Source: Demequinaceae bacterium
GTDB taxonomy: Bacteria > Actinomycetota > Actinomycetes > Actinomycetales > Demequinaceae
Direction of reading: 5' to 3'
DNA: 32,000 bases
Assembly (NCBI GenBank): GCA_965250005.1
Contig: OZ252279.1
Coordinates: 1,650,001 to 1,682,000, forward strand
Part shown: piece by piece, positions 1 to 10,111 of the stretch
Numbering within the stretch: position 1 is the stretch's first letter
Layout of the letters: each line of letters begins with the position of its first letter
Notes under the pieces: model-generated
Told to the model about the DNA's origin: nothing
Seen by the model: the letters and a program-made list of their open reading frames with translations, nothing else
Databases searched by the model: none
Position numbers and translations under genes: made by a program

Positions 1-1824
1 GAGCGCGTCCATGATCCGTTCGTCAACGATCGCGTTGGTCTTGATCTTGATCCACGCGTCCTCGCCGGCGCCCGCTCGCGCCGCTTCTGCCTCGATTCGA
101 TCAAGGAGCCCCACCCGGACGTCCTTGGGCGCTACCAGCAGCCGGCGGAATTTGGCTTTGGGCGCGTAGCCGCTTAGTTGGTTGAAGAGCTTGGTTAGGT
201 CCGCGCCGACCTCGGCGTCCGCGGTCAGCAGACCGTAGTCCTCATACAGTCGCGCGGTGCGCGGGTGGTAGTTACCGGTGCCGATGTGGCAGTAGCGCCT
301 CAGTCCGTCGTCCTCCTGGCGGACCACCAGGGAGAGTTTGCAGTGGGTCTTGAGGCCCACGAGGCCGTAGACCACGTGCACGCCGGCCTGCTCGAGTTTG
401 CGGGCCCACGAGATATTGCGCTCCTCGTCGAACCGTGCCTTGATCTCCACGAGCGCGAGCACCTGCTTGCCCGCCTTCGCGGCCTGGATGAGAGCGTCGA
501 CGATCGGGGAGTCACCGGACGTCCGGTAGAGCGTCTGTTTGATCGCGAGCACCTTGGGGTCTCGCGCGGCTTGTGCGAGGAACGCCTGCACGGAAGTCGA
601 GAAGGAGTCGTACGGGTGGTGCAGGAGGATGTCGCCGCGTGAGATCGCCTCGAACACGTCGCCGGCGTCGGCCGTTTCAACCGGAGAGAGCTGGTGGTGG
701 GTCGTGGGACGGAACGCCTCGAATTGGAGTGCGGGACGGTCTAGGTCCGCAATCACGTTGAGGCCGGTCAGGTCGAGCGGTGACGGCAAGTGAAAGACGT
801 CGGCCTCGGTGATGCCGAGTTCGCGCACCAGCAGTTCCCGGACGGCCGTGGAAAGATCTTCCGCCACCTCGAGCCGAACAGCCGGGCCGAAGCGGCGTCG
901 CAGCAATTCCTGCTCCATGGCCTTGAGGATGTTCTCGGCGTCGTCTTCCTCGACCTCGACGTCTTCGTTGCGGGTTACGCGGAACGTGTAGTGGCTGACG
1001 ATTTCCATGCCGGGAAACAGGTATTCAAGTTGCGCGGCGATGACGTCCTCAAGCGGGACGAAGCTGCGCGGTCCCGTGTCCAGCGCGGAGGCATCGGTGA
1101 CCTGGGAGGCCTTGCCCTTGGCGTCGACGGCGAGGAAACGGGGAAGCGTCTCCGGAACCTTGACGCGCGCAAAGCGGTCCTTGCCGTTGTCTGGATCGCG
1201 CGTCTCGACTGCGAGGTTGAGCGAGAGGCCGGAGATGTATGGAAACGGGTGGGCCGGGTCCACGGCAAGGGGGGTGAGGACGGGGAAGATGTCCTGGCGG
1301 AAGAGGCGGCGCAGGCGGTCGTGCTCTTTGTCGTCGAGTTCGTCCCAGTGGACAATGTGGATGCCCTCCTCGTCTAGGCGCGGAAAGACTTGACCGGTGA
1401 AGATTTCGGAGTGACGGTTCATGAGTTCGTGGGCGCGTTCGGTGAGCGATTCAACCAGCCGCGTGGGGCTCATGCCGGTTGCGCTCGGTACCGCGAAGCC
1501 CGCCGCGATGCGACGCTTGAGGCCAGCAAGCCGCACCATGAAGAATTCGTCCAAGTTGGACGCGAAGATCGCGAGGAAGCGGGCGCGCTCAAGCAGCGGC
1601 GTCTGAGGATCCTCCGCCAATTCGAGTACGCGCTCGTTGAACGCGAGCCAACTGAGTTCGCGGTCGAGGAACCGGTCTTCGGGAAGCGCTACTTCACTGT
1701 CAGGGACCTTCGCCCCCGTGGACGATCGCACGCCCTTGGTGATCGTGGGCAACGCGAAGGTTTCGTCCGCATCGGGCTCCGTGACGGCGGCCTTCTTGGA
1801 CTTCGCTGCTCGGGCCTCGGACAT
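1..1824 (-). CDS. ppk1: Polyphosphate kinase (PPK1), C-terminus cut by window edge
   Basis: Minus-strand reading from ATG at 1824 gives [22 protein letters not shown]...[19 protein letters not shown]...[28 protein letters not shown]...[73 protein letters not shown]...[13 protein letters not shown]...[25 protein letters not shown], all typical PPK1 motifs. The reading frame is open to coordinate 1. Confidence 0.96.
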   Translation of the reverse strand, partial: MSEARAAKSKKAAVTEPDADETFALPTITKGVRSSTGAKVPDSEVALPEDRFLDRELSWLAFNERVLELAEDPQTPLLERARFLAIFASNLDEFFMVRLAGLKRRIAAGFAVPSATGMSPTRLVESLTERAHELMNRHSEIFTGQVFPRLDEEGIHIVHWDELDDKEHDRLRRLFRQDIFPVLTPLAVDPAHPFPYISGLSLNLAVETRDPDNGKDRFARVKVPETLPRFLAVDAKGKASQVTDASALDTGPRSFVPLEDVIAAQLEYLFPGMEIVSHYTFRVTRNEDVEVEEDDAENILKAMEQELLRRRFGPAVRLEVAEDLSTAVRELLVRELGITEADVFHLPSPLDLTGLNVIADLDRPALQFEAFRPTTHHQLSPVETADAGDVFEAISRGDILLHHPYDSFSTSVQAFLAQAARDPKVLAIKQTLYRTSGDSPIVDALIQAAKAGKQVLALVEIKARFDEERNISWARKLEQAGVHVVYGLVGLKTHCKLSLVVRQEDDGLRRYCHIGTGNYHPRTARLYEDYGLLTADAEVGADLTKLFNQLSGYAPKAKFRRLLVAPKDVRVGLLDRIEAEAARAGAGEDAWIKIKTNAIVDERIMDAL

Positions 1825-1903
1825 GACCCCATGGTGGCACGCGGTGACCCGGACCTTCTACCGGTGCACGCGTTCGCAACACGCACACCGGCTCTGGTGG
1901 TGC

Positions 1904-2113
1904 CTAGTCGTCGAGGATGAATGTCACCATCAGGTGAACGACGTACCCGGTGACCTTGCCGTCAGCGATCTCCACCTTCTGGTCTTTGACCCACGCTCCC
2001 TTGACGTTGCGAAGCGTCTTGTTGGCGCGCTCAACGCCCACGTTTACTGCGTCCTCGAAGCTCTTGGCACTCTTGGAGCTGATCTCGGTAATCCGTGCAA
2101 CAGAATCTGACAT
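1904..2113 (-). CDS. Dodecin family flavin-binding protein
   Basis: 69 aa, MSDSVARITEISSKSAKSFEDAVNVGVERANKTLRNVKGAWVKDQKVEIADGKVTGYVVHLMVTFILDD; the size and the S-x-S-x-EDA...A-x-KTLRN...V...G...Y-x-V-x-L-x-V-x-F pattern match dodecin. Confidence 0.92.
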   Translation of the reverse strand: MSDSVARITEISSKSAKSFEDAVNVGVERANKTLRNVKGAWVKDQKVEIADGKVTGYVVHLMVTFILDD

Positions 2114-2350
2114 GAACGTCTCCCATCTTCGGCCTGGACCGTCCGGGCCGTCTCTTCACGGTACGAGCCGCACCCGGATGCGGCAAGCAGTCGGCTGGAT
2201 ACTTCGTGCTTCGTGGGGCGCGAATCATTCCCGGGGACGATGCCGCCGCGCCGGTCACAGGCGTACGTTTGAAGTGAAAGCGGCGATCACGCCACGGCAG
2301 GCGAGCCGCGTCAGACGGTCGCCAATGGCGCGGCAGAAAGTAGGAACCTG

Positions 2351-3259
2351 ATGGCCTCAAAGCCCGTCATCGAGATCGACAACCTCACCAAGATGTACGG
2401 CAAGTTCACGGCGGTGAGCGAGTTGTCCCTGAGCATCGACGAGGGTGAAATCTTTGGCTTCCTCGGGCCCAACGGCGCGGGCAAGACCACTACGATGCGC
2501 ACGGTGCTGGACCTCATTCGCCCCACGGAGGGCACCATCACTATTCTCGGGCTGGACTCCCACGAGGACTCCGTCGAGATCCGCAATCACGTGGGGTACC
2601 TCCCCGGCGACCTTGCCCTGTACCCGAGCCTCACCGGCCGCGAGACGTTGCAATACTTCGCGAACTTGCGCGGCGGCGTCGACTGGGAATGGGTCGACAC
2701 GCTCGCGGAGCGGTTCGAGGCGGATCTCACGCGCAAGGTGGGCGACTACTCGTCCGGAAACCGCCAGAAGGTGGGCCTGCTCCAGGCGTTCATGTCCAAG
2801 CCCGAGGTGTACATCCTTGATGAGCCCAGCACCGGCCTCGACCCGCTCATGCAGCAGGAGTTCCAGTCGCTGCTCCGCGAGGTCACGGCTGAGGGCTCGA
2901 CGGTCTTCCTGTCCAGCCACACACTGAGCGAGGTTGAGCGCGTCGCGGGCCGCGTGGGCTTCATTCGTGAGGGCAAACTGGTCGCTGTCGAGCAGATGGC
3001 GGACCTGCACGACAAGGCGCTGCGCCGGGTCTCCCTCCACTTTTCCAAGCCGGTGAAGGCGTCGGCGTTCGCCAAGGTTCAGGGTGTTCGGGAGGTCGAG
3101 GTGGACGACGTCCGCGCGACCGTCTCGTACGAGGGCTCGATGGAGCCGCTGCTGAAGGCGGCGACCGCGCTCGGCGTGCTCTCGTTGTCGAGTTCGAGTG
3201 TCGATCTCGATGAGATCTTCTTGGCGTTTTACAAGGGATCGGCGAAGGCGAGCACGTGA
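2351..3259 (+). CDS. ABC transporter ATP-binding protein (DrrA/CcmA-like exporter class)
   Basis: Walker A GPNGAGKTT, signature-like YSSGNRQKVGLLQA, Walker B VYILDEPSTGLDP, H-loop SSHTLSEVE. Confidence 0.95.
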   Translation: MASKPVIEIDNLTKMYGKFTAVSELSLSIDEGEIFGFLGPNGAGKTTTMRTVLDLIRPTEGTITILGLDSHEDSVEIRNHVGYLPGDLALYPSLTGRETLQYFANLRGGVDWEWVDTLAERFEADLTRKVGDYSSGNRQKVGLLQAFMSKPEVYILDEPSTGLDPLMQQEFQSLLREVTAEGSTVFLSSHTLSEVERVAGRVGFIREGKLVAVEQMADLHDKALRRVSLHFSKPVKASAFAKVQGVREVEVDDVRATVSYEGSMEPLLKAATALGVLSLSSSSVDLDEIFLAFYKGSAKAST

Positions 3260-4917
3260 TGCTGTTCTCGATCTATTCGAAGGCGCTGCGAGAGCGGTGG
3301 ATGGGGCTGCTGATCGGCGCAGCGTCGGTGGCAGGGATCGCGTGGATGGGGGTGTGGGTCTACGCAGACATCGGCGACGCGTCGAACGAGTTGTTCGAAC
3401 TTATGCCAGAAGCCTTCCTCAACGTGCTCGGGCTGGCGACAGGCCTCGACTCCAGCGCGCTGATCCTGAGCGAGATGGCCAACTTCATTGCCCCGATGAT
3501 CCTGTGCGGTATCGCCATCACCATGGGAGCCGATGCGGTGGCGGGCGAGGAGCGGTGGGGCACCATGGGCCTGCTGCTGGCGAACCCGCGCAGCCGGTTG
3601 CGGCTGGTGGTCGAGAAATTTGCGGCCATCGCGACCGTGGTGACGGTGGGTGCAGCGCTGATGTGGGGCGCTTACTGGTTCGGGCTTTGGAGCAACGGCG
3701 CGAGTGGCGAGGGCATGCACCTCGGCTCGGCCTCGGTCCACCTCGCGGCGCTCGCGCTGTTCTTCGGCGCGCTTTCACTCGCCGTCGGCGCGTGGACGGG
3801 AGACACCTTCCGCGCGAACATGACGGGCGTCACCGTGATGCTCGTCTCGTTCCTCGCGTCCGGCCTGCTGCCGTTGTACGAATGGGGCGAAGCGTGGGCG
3901 AGGTTCTTCCCGTGGCACTACCTGGACGGCGCGCAGCCGTTCCTGCAAGGCGTGCACTGGGGCCACGTGGGGCTGCTTGTCGGCGCCGCTGTTGTGATGT
4001 TCGCACTTGCGCTCGTGGGCGTTCGCGGGCGGGACCTCAAGGTGGGCGAGGAGCGCACCACGCTGCTCGACCGGATGGCCCGCAACCCGCACTTCGCATC
4101 TACTGCAGAGAAGATCGCCGGCCAGGCGCAGGTCAAGAGCATTCTGACCAAGACGACGAGCGAGTCGCGCACCATCATGTCGATCGCGGCGGGAGGCATG
4201 TTCTATATGGCTGTGCTGCTCGGCCCGATGTTCAAGGGTGTGGCGTCCGAGCTCGGCTCCCTGGTTGACGCGTTCCCCGAGTCCATGCTCGCGATGGTGG
4301 GGTGGGCCGACTACAGCCAACCCACGGGCTGGTACCACGGCGAGATCTTCTCCATCCTTGCGCCCATCGCGGTTGCCCTCGTGGGCATCAACATGGGAGC
4401 CAAGGCGCTCGCGGGCGAGGAGCGCGACCGGACTATGGGTGTGCTGCTCGACAACCCCATACAGCGGCTGCGGGTCATCTACGAAAAGGCCGGGTCGATG
4501 CTGCTGATGATGGCGATCGTCGGCGTGGCCACCTTCGCGGGAACCATGCTCGGCAACTGGTGGGGCGGGCTGGGACTCAGCGCAGCGAACGTTGCCGCGG
4601 CCTGCGTTCACCTGGTTGTTTTTGGCGCGTTCATGGGTGCGATCGCACTCTTCCTTGGCGCATGGACCGGGCGGTCCGGGATCGCCACCGGTGGGGCGAC
4701 TGGATTGATGGTGCTCTTTTACGCCACCGCGAGCTTCCTGCCGATCAACTCCGACGTCGCCTTCTGGGCGGAGTTCTCGCCGTTCCACTACTACGCAAGC
4801 CACCTGCCGCTCGAGAATGGGTTCGACTGGGGGCACCTGGGAGTGCTCATGGCGCTGACGGCGGTACTCGTCACCACCAGCACGTGGGCCTTCCAGCGAC
4901 GCGACCTGCGCGGTTAG
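3259..4917 (+). CDS. ABC-2 type transporter permease with two homologous membrane halves
   Basis: Overlaps the upstream ATPase stop (GTG at 3256 or ATG at 3259). Multiple hydrophobic segments; the repeated motif ITMGADAVAGEERWGTMGLLLANPRSRLRLVVEK / INMGAKALAGEERDRTMGVLLDNPIQRLRVIYEK marks two halves. Confidence 0.9.
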   Translation: MLFSIYSKALRERWMGLLIGAASVAGIAWMGVWVYADIGDASNELFELMPEAFLNVLGLATGLDSSALILSEMANFIAPMILCGIAITMGADAVAGEERWGTMGLLLANPRSRLRLVVEKFAAIATVVTVGAALMWGAYWFGLWSNGASGEGMHLGSASVHLAALALFFGALSLAVGAWTGDTFRANMTGVTVMLVSFLASGLLPLYEWGEAWARFFPWHYLDGAQPFLQGVHWGHVGLLVGAAVVMFALALVGVRGRDLKVGEERTTLLDRMARNPHFASTAEKIAGQAQVKSILTKTTSESRTIMSIAAGGMFYMAVLLGPMFKGVASELGSLVDAFPESMLAMVGWADYSQPTGWYHGEIFSILAPIAVALVGINMGAKALAGEERDRTMGVLLDNPIQRLRVIYEKAGSMLLMMAIVGVATFAGTMLGNWWGGLGLSAANVAAACVHLVVFGAFMGAIALFLGAWTGRSGIATGGATGLMVLFYATASFLPINSDVAFWAEFSPFHYYASHLPLENGFDWGHLGVLMALTAVLVTTSTWAFQRRDLRG

Positions 4918-4934
4918 AGCCCAGACGGCACAAA

Positions 4935-4963
4935 GCGCCGGTCCGCTGAGGGAGGACCGGCGC
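4935..4963. terminator. Putative bidirectional terminator hairpin between convergent genes
   Basis: Perfect 10-bp inverted repeat gcgccggtcc...ggaccggcgc with a 9-nt loop, between convergent CDS ends at 4917 and 4978. Confidence 0.6.
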
Positions 4964-4977
4964 CTCGCAGTTCTGCC

Positions 4978-5409
4978 CTAGGTCACCGTGATGGTGAGGG
5001 ACATTCCTGCGCTGCGGTGCTGGCCTACCGAGCACCACAACTCGTAGGTCCCGGCGGGAAGGTCAACGATGACCTGGTCCATCTCGCCTGCGTTGATCAG
5101 CACGGACGACGCGGTCTCGATGCCGTCGCCCTCGATCATGAGCGAGTGAGGTGCTCCGCCATGGTTATCCACCTGGAACGTGTACGTCCCGGCTTCGAAC
5201 GTCTCTCGGTCCAGCGTGATCGAAAACTCTTCCTCGATGACGCTGACGACGGTGCCCTGGGGCTCCTCTTTCTCCATTGCCTCGGTGGTCTCTACTATCG
5301 TCGGCGTTTCCGCTGCTTCTGCTTCCGACTCCGCGGTCGCACAGCCTGAGAGGACAAGCGCCGTGGTGGCCGCGAGTGCGAGCACCTGCTTGGTGGTTGA
5401 TGCTGCCAT
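4978..5409 (-). CDS. Cupredoxin/plastocyanin-like lipoprotein
   Basis: Signal peptide with lipobox LSGC; C-terminal GGAPHSL...YELWCSVGQHRSAGM gives a His...Cys-x4-His-x4-Met type-1 copper ligand pattern. Confidence 0.82.
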   Translation of the reverse strand: MAASTTKQVLALAATTALVLSGCATAESEAEAAETPTIVETTEAMEKEEPQGTVVSVIEEEFSITLDRETFEAGTYTFQVDNHGGAPHSLMIEGDGIETASSVLINAGEMDQVIVDLPAGTYELWCSVGQHRSAGMSLTITVT

Positions 5410-5528
5410 GGTGATATCGCTCCTTTGTCACCGACAGTTCGCGCTCGTACCGCCCGTGGATTGGCCACTGCGCCAAGTCGTGGCCCCGGATAGTGTTACC
5501 TCAAGACCCCCGCGTCAAAGGAGATGCC

Positions 5529-7394
5529 ATGAACAAGCCGTCGATGAGTCAACGCTTCCGGTACTGGTTCGACAACCTGATGGCTCGTGGCACGGGAGCG
5601 CTGGTGCTCTTGCTCGGTCTCGCAACTACCGTCTTGGTCACGGCGATTGCAGCAGTGCTGCTGCTGGTCAACAAGGGTCCGGACGACGGCAACTCCGACG
5701 GCGCGGCAGAGACGGTGTGGCAGAGCCTCATGCGCGCACTCGACGCCGGCAGCGTCGCGGGCGACGGAGGTTGGCAGTATCGCGGGTTGATGCTGGTGGT
5801 GACCATCGGCGGACTGTTCGTGGTTGCCAGCCTCATCTCGATCATTTCAGGAGCGTTTGACGCCAAGGTTGAGGATCTGCGCAAGGGCCGCTCCAAGGTC
5901 ATCGAGACCGGCCACACCGTGATCCTGGGGTGGAACTCTAAGGTCGGGCCGATCATCAGCGAGTTGAGCATCGCGAACGAGTCCGAGAAGCGCGCCGCGA
6001 TCGTGGTGCTCGCAAACCAGGACAAGGTCGAGATGGAGGACGAGATCCGCGCCGCGGTGCCCGACACCCGCACTACCCGCGTGATCTGCCGCTCGGGCGA
6101 TCCGATGGACCAGGACGATCTGCTGCTCGCCAACCCGTTTGAGGCGCGCAGCATCATTGTGCTGGGTGACGAGGCGAGCGAGGACCCAGACTCGCGGGCC
6201 ATCAAGGCGACGCTCGCGCTCACCGGCCACCCCGAACGCACGGACCGCAAGATGCACATCGTTGGCCAGATTCGGAATCACGAGAACGTCGAGGTCGCCC
6301 GGCTTGTGGGCAAGGACGAGGCCAAGTGGATTCTCGCGCACGAGAAGATCGGCCAGATCACCGCGCAGACGTCGCGCCAACCTGGCCTGTCGAGCGTCTA
6401 TACCGAGCTGCTCGACTTCGATGGCGACGAGGTCTACTTCACCCACCAGGTAACCCTCACCGGCAAGACGTACTACGAAGCCCAGCTAGCCTTTGTGGAC
6501 TGCTCGGTCATGGGGATTGTGTCTGACGGCACTATCCACTTGAACCCGCCCGCCGCGACGGTGCTTGGCAAGCGCGACGAGCTAATTGTGATCGCCGAGG
6601 ACGATTCGGTCATCACCGTCGCCACGCCGGGAGAGCCCAACGCGAAGGCTATCCAAACGGCAAAAAGCCCGGCGCCCAAGCCGGAGAAGACGCTGGTGCT
6701 TGGCTTCAACAAGCGCGTGCCTGCGCTGCTGGCCGAGCTCGACCAGTACGTGGCCAAGGGCTCGAGCGTCACGCTTATGTCGGCCGTTCCGGTCGATGGG
6801 GTGGCCAACTTGCCTAACTCCACCGTCAAAGTGGTCAAGGGAGACGCGGCCAAGCGGGCAGACCTCAACAAGGTCAAGGCCACGAGCTTCGACCACGTCA
6901 TCATCGTGGCGTACCGCGACGACATGGATGCCCAGGACGCGGACGCCAAGACCCTGGTCGCCCTGTTGCACCTGCGCGAAATAGTGAACGAAAAGGCCAC
7001 CAAGATCAACGTTGTCAGCGAGATGCTCGACGACCGCAACCGCAAGCTCGCGGAGATCACTCAGCCCGACGACTTCATCGTGAGCGACCAGATGATTAGC
7101 CTGATGATCTCGCAAGTCTCAGAGAACCCGTTGCTGTCCGACATGTTCGACTCGCTGTTCGGCGCCGATGGCGCGGAAGTCTACCTGCGGCCCGCCGAAT
7201 GGTACGTGAAGCCAGGCGCCGAGGTGGACTTCTACTCGGTGGTCGCTGGTGCGAACAAGCGCGGCGAGTCCGCAATCGGGTACCGGATCGCCGCGACGGC
7301 CGACGCGCCCGCCGAGGTGATCGTCAACCCAAACAAGGCAGGGCTGCTGGCATTCAAGCCGGGCGACTCAGTCGTGGTGCTCGCGGAGGACTAG
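5529..7394 (+). CDS. CASTOR/POLLUX-like ion channel / NAD-binding lipoprotein family membrane protein
   Basis: Two N-terminal hydrophobic segments, a hydrophilic stretch, then long cytosolic regions with Rossmann-like motifs (GHTVILGWNSKVGPIISELSIAN and KTLVLGFNKRVPALLAELDQY). ATG at 5529 preferred over the ORF-track start at 5493. Confidence 0.75.
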   Translation: MNKPSMSQRFRYWFDNLMARGTGALVLLLGLATTVLVTAIAAVLLLVNKGPDDGNSDGAAETVWQSLMRALDAGSVAGDGGWQYRGLMLVVTIGGLFVVASLISIISGAFDAKVEDLRKGRSKVIETGHTVILGWNSKVGPIISELSIANESEKRAAIVVLANQDKVEMEDEIRAAVPDTRTTRVICRSGDPMDQDDLLLANPFEARSIIVLGDEASEDPDSRAIKATLALTGHPERTDRKMHIVGQIRNHENVEVARLVGKDEAKWILAHEKIGQITAQTSRQPGLSSVYTELLDFDGDEVYFTHQVTLTGKTYYEAQLAFVDCSVMGIVSDGTIHLNPPAATVLGKRDELIVIAEDDSVITVATPGEPNAKAIQTAKSPAPKPEKTLVLGFNKRVPALLAELDQYVAKGSSVTLMSAVPVDGVANLPNSTVKVVKGDAAKRADLNKVKATSFDHVIIVAYRDDMDAQDADAKTLVALLHLREIVNEKATKINVVSEMLDDRNRKLAEITQPDDFIVSDQMISLMISQVSENPLLSDMFDSLFGADGAEVYLRPAEWYVKPGAEVDFYSVVAGANKRGESAIGYRIAATADAPAEVIVNPNKAGLLAFKPGDSVVVLAED

Positions 7395-7407
7395 CGGGCG
7401 TGCCCGA

Positions 7408-7427
7408 AGACCGAGGCTCTCGGGGTC
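7408..7427. terminator. Possible weak terminator hairpin between convergent genes
   Basis: agaccgag/ctcggggtct imperfect (2-nt bulge) inverted repeat in the gap between convergent CDS ends at 7394 and 7443. Confidence 0.3.
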
Positions 7428-7442
7428 TGTTCAGAAGGCGGT

Positions 7443-9437
7443 TTAGCCCTCGTCTGCTTTGCCTGACTCGAGTCCGGAGCTGATCGCGTCCATGACGGAG
7501 CCATCTGCGAGGGTCGTGACGTCGCCGACTGGGCGGTGTTCCGCAACATCGCGGAGCAGGCGGCGCATGATCTTGCCCGAGCGAGTCTTAGGCACTTCGG
7601 AAACCACCAGAATGGTCCGCGGGCGCGCGATCGCGCCGATCTCCTTGGTGACGTGCTTGCGTAGCGCAACCGCGATTTCGTGGCCGTCATCCGAGGCATC
7701 AACGGCGTCGGAACGGATGATCACGAACGCGACCACTGCCTGGCCGGTTACGTCGTCCTTGGCGCCAACTACGGCGGATTCTGCGACCCACGGGTGCGAG
7801 ACGAGCGCGTGCTCAATCTCGGTAGTGGTGAGGCGGTGGCCGGAGACGTTCATCACGTCGTCCACGCGGCCGAGCAGCCACAGGTTCCCGTCGGCGTCTC
7901 GCTTAGCGCCGTCGCCCGCGAAGTAGATCCCGGGGAAGCGCGACCAGTACGTGCGCTCGTAGCGCTCGCGGTCGCCCCAAATGCCGCGCAGCATGGACGG
8001 CCACGGTTCGGTTAGGACAAGGTAGCCGGCGTTGCCAGCTGGGACGGGCTTGCCTTCGTCGTCGACAACTTCGGCGCCGACTCCCGGCAGCGCGTCCATC
8101 GCGGAGCCAGGTTTGGTCGCGGTGATTCCGGGAAGTGGCGAGATGAGGATCGAGCCAGTTTCCGTCTGCCACCACGTGTCAACGATGGGGCAGCGGTCGC
8201 CGCCGATCACACGGCGGTACCACATCCACGCCTCGGGGTTGATGGGCTCGCCCACCGAGCCGAGCAGGCGCAGCGAACTCAGGTCGAACTCGTTGGGGAT
8301 CGCCTCGCCCCACTTCATGAATGTGCGGATCGCGGTGGGCGCGGTGTAAAAGATTGTCACCCCGTACTTCTGGATGATCTCCCACCAGCGACCCTGGTGC
8401 GGGCTGTTGGGGACGCCTTCGTAGAGCACCTGCGTCGCCCCGTTGATCATGGGCCCGTAGACAATATACGAGTGGCCCGTGATCCAGCCGACGTCAGCTG
8501 TGCACCAGTAGACGTCGGTTTCTGGTTTGAGATCGAACACGTTGTGGTGGGTCCACGACGCCTGCGTTAGGAAGCCGCCGGTGGTGTGGAACAGCCCTTT
8601 GGGCGGGCCCGTGGTGCCCGAGGTGTACAAAATGAACAGCGGGTGCTCCGACTCGACCATCACCGGAGTGTGTTGGTCGCTCGCTGGCTCCACGATGTCG
8701 TGCCACCAGAGGTCGCGGCCGTCTGTCCACTCGGTGGGCTGGAGCGTCCGTTGAACCACCAGTACGGTCTTCACACTTTCGCAGGGCTCGGGGTGGTGGT
8801 CGCTCGCTGCAAGTGCGGCGTCCACCAGCGGCTTGAGCCCAAACGGCGCACCCTTGCGGAAACCGCCGTCGGCCGTGATGACCAGTTTGGCCTCTGCGTC
8901 GTCAATGCGCTGGCGCAGGCTTTCCGCGCTGAAACCGCCAAAGACTACGGAGTGGATGGCTCCAATGCGGGCGCAGGCCAGCATCGCGACCACGGCTTCG
9001 GGGATTTGAGGTAGGTAGATTGCGACGCGGTCGCCCTTGGTGACCCCTAGCGACTCGAGTGCGTTCGCGGCTTTCGAGACGCGTGTGAGCATGTCCGCGT
9101 AGGTGATGGTCGCGGTATCGCCGGGCTCGCCCTCGAAGTGGAAGGCGACCCGCTCGCCGCGACCCTCGCGTACGTGGCGATCCACGGCGTTGTCGCATGC
9201 GTTGAGAGTGCCGTCCGCAAACCAACGGGCTACGGGCGCATCGGACCAGTCGAGTTTCTCGGTGAATGGCTTGTCCCAGTGGAGGCGGAGCGCCTGTTCC
9301 GCCCAGAAGTCGGTGCGGTCCTTATTGGCATGCTCGTAAATCCATTCGCGAGCGTTCGCATTCTGCTGAAACTCGAGCGAGGGCGGGAAAGTGCGGGACT
9401 CCGTGTGGAGTGCTGAGATGTGGGCTTCGTTGACCAT
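7443..9437 (-). CDS. acs: Acetyl-CoA synthetase
   Basis: 664 aa with AMP-binding motif [68 protein letters not shown] and C-terminal [14 protein letters not shown]. Confidence 0.97.
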   Translation of the reverse strand: MVNEAHISALHTESRTFPPSLEFQQNANAREWIYEHANKDRTDFWAEQALRLHWDKPFTEKLDWSDAPVARWFADGTLNACDNAVDRHVREGRGERVAFHFEGEPGDTATITYADMLTRVSKAANALESLGVTKGDRVAIYLPQIPEAVVAMLACARIGAIHSVVFGGFSAESLRQRIDDAEAKLVITADGGFRKGAPFGLKPLVDAALAASDHHPEPCESVKTVLVVQRTLQPTEWTDGRDLWWHDIVEPASDQHTPVMVESEHPLFILYTSGTTGPPKGLFHTTGGFLTQASWTHHNVFDLKPETDVYWCTADVGWITGHSYIVYGPMINGATQVLYEGVPNSPHQGRWWEIIQKYGVTIFYTAPTAIRTFMKWGEAIPNEFDLSSLRLLGSVGEPINPEAWMWYRRVIGGDRCPIVDTWWQTETGSILISPLPGITATKPGSAMDALPGVGAEVVDDEGKPVPAGNAGYLVLTEPWPSMLRGIWGDRERYERTYWSRFPGIYFAGDGAKRDADGNLWLLGRVDDVMNVSGHRLTTTEIEHALVSHPWVAESAVVGAKDDVTGQAVVAFVIIRSDAVDASDDGHEIAVALRKHVTKEIGAIARPRTILVVSEVPKTRSGKIMRRLLRDVAEHRPVGDVTTLADGSVMDAISSGLESGKADEG

Positions 9438-9507
9438 TGCGTCACTCTACTGTAAAGAAGGCCGCAATGACGCCACCCAATGTCGGCCTCCGTGACACGA
9501 TGATCCC

Positions 9508-9738
9508 ATGCCCGCTCCCCAAGGATTCGAGTACGTCGCCCGCAAGAATGGCGACGTTGTGATCTCTCATCAAGGCCGCGCAGTCACCACGTTGCGCAAG
9601 GTGACCGCCGCGAAGTTCCTCAAGGATGTCAAGGACGGCGACCAACAGGAATTGATGGCACGCGTCACGGGAGACTTTAAGCGCGGCAACGATCGCAAGG
9701 CGTCGCGGAAATCTCGCGGGCGCGACTCAAGATGCTAG
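9508..9738 (+). CDS. Small conserved-looking hypothetical protein, paralog of the next CDS
   Basis: 76-aa ORF MPAPQGFEYVARKNGDVVISHQGRAVTTLRKVTAAKFLKDVKDGDQQELMARVTG; alignable with the protein at 9797..10078. Confidence 0.65.
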   Translation: MPAPQGFEYVARKNGDVVISHQGRAVTTLRKVTAAKFLKDVKDGDQQELMARVTGDFKRGNDRKASRKSRGRDSRC

Positions 9739-9796
9739 GGAGGTGGGTCCGCGGCCGGGGCTCCCGCGTCCTGTCTGGACGTGACACGATGGGGTC

Positions 9797-10078
9797 ATGA
9801 GTACAGCCGAGGGATTTGAACATAAGGAGCGCCCCAATGGGGACGTTGCGATCTTCCACCACGGCAAATTGGCCAAGATGGTTCGCGGAGCAGACGCCAA
9901 GAAGCTGCTCACCGCGTTGGGCAAGAAGAACGCCGATGAGCAGCAAGTAATCGCCGATGCCGTGGGAGGCGCCGCGAGTGCTGCGCGTCCAGGCACCGGA
10001 CCGCAGGGCCCCAAGGGTCTCGGCGGGGACGGCAAGGCGCACGCGCACGCGGAGTTCCGCCGCCGCGGCGGCGGCTGA
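9797..10078 (+). CDS. Small hypothetical protein, paralog of the preceding CDS
   Basis: 93-aa ORF MSTAEGFEHKERPNGDVAIFHHGKLAKMVRGADAKKLLTALGKKNADEQQVIADAVGG plus a Gly/Pro/Ala-rich tail. Confidence 0.65.
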   Translation: MSTAEGFEHKERPNGDVAIFHHGKLAKMVRGADAKKLLTALGKKNADEQQVIADAVGGAASAARPGTGPQGPKGLGGDGKAHAHAEFRRRGGG

Positions 10079-10111
10079 GCACCACGCCGCGTCACCGGTA
10101 GCGTCGCACGT

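Noticed and set aside
3198-4268. 356-aa + strand ORF overlapping the ABC genes
   Set aside because: Arginine/glycine-rich low-complexity translation typical of a shifted frame in high-GC DNA; the 3259..4917 frame has clear transporter features.
3775-4836. 353-aa minus-strand ORF
   Set aside because: Antisense shadow of the permease, no recognisable domain, His/Arg-rich composition typical of spurious ORFs.
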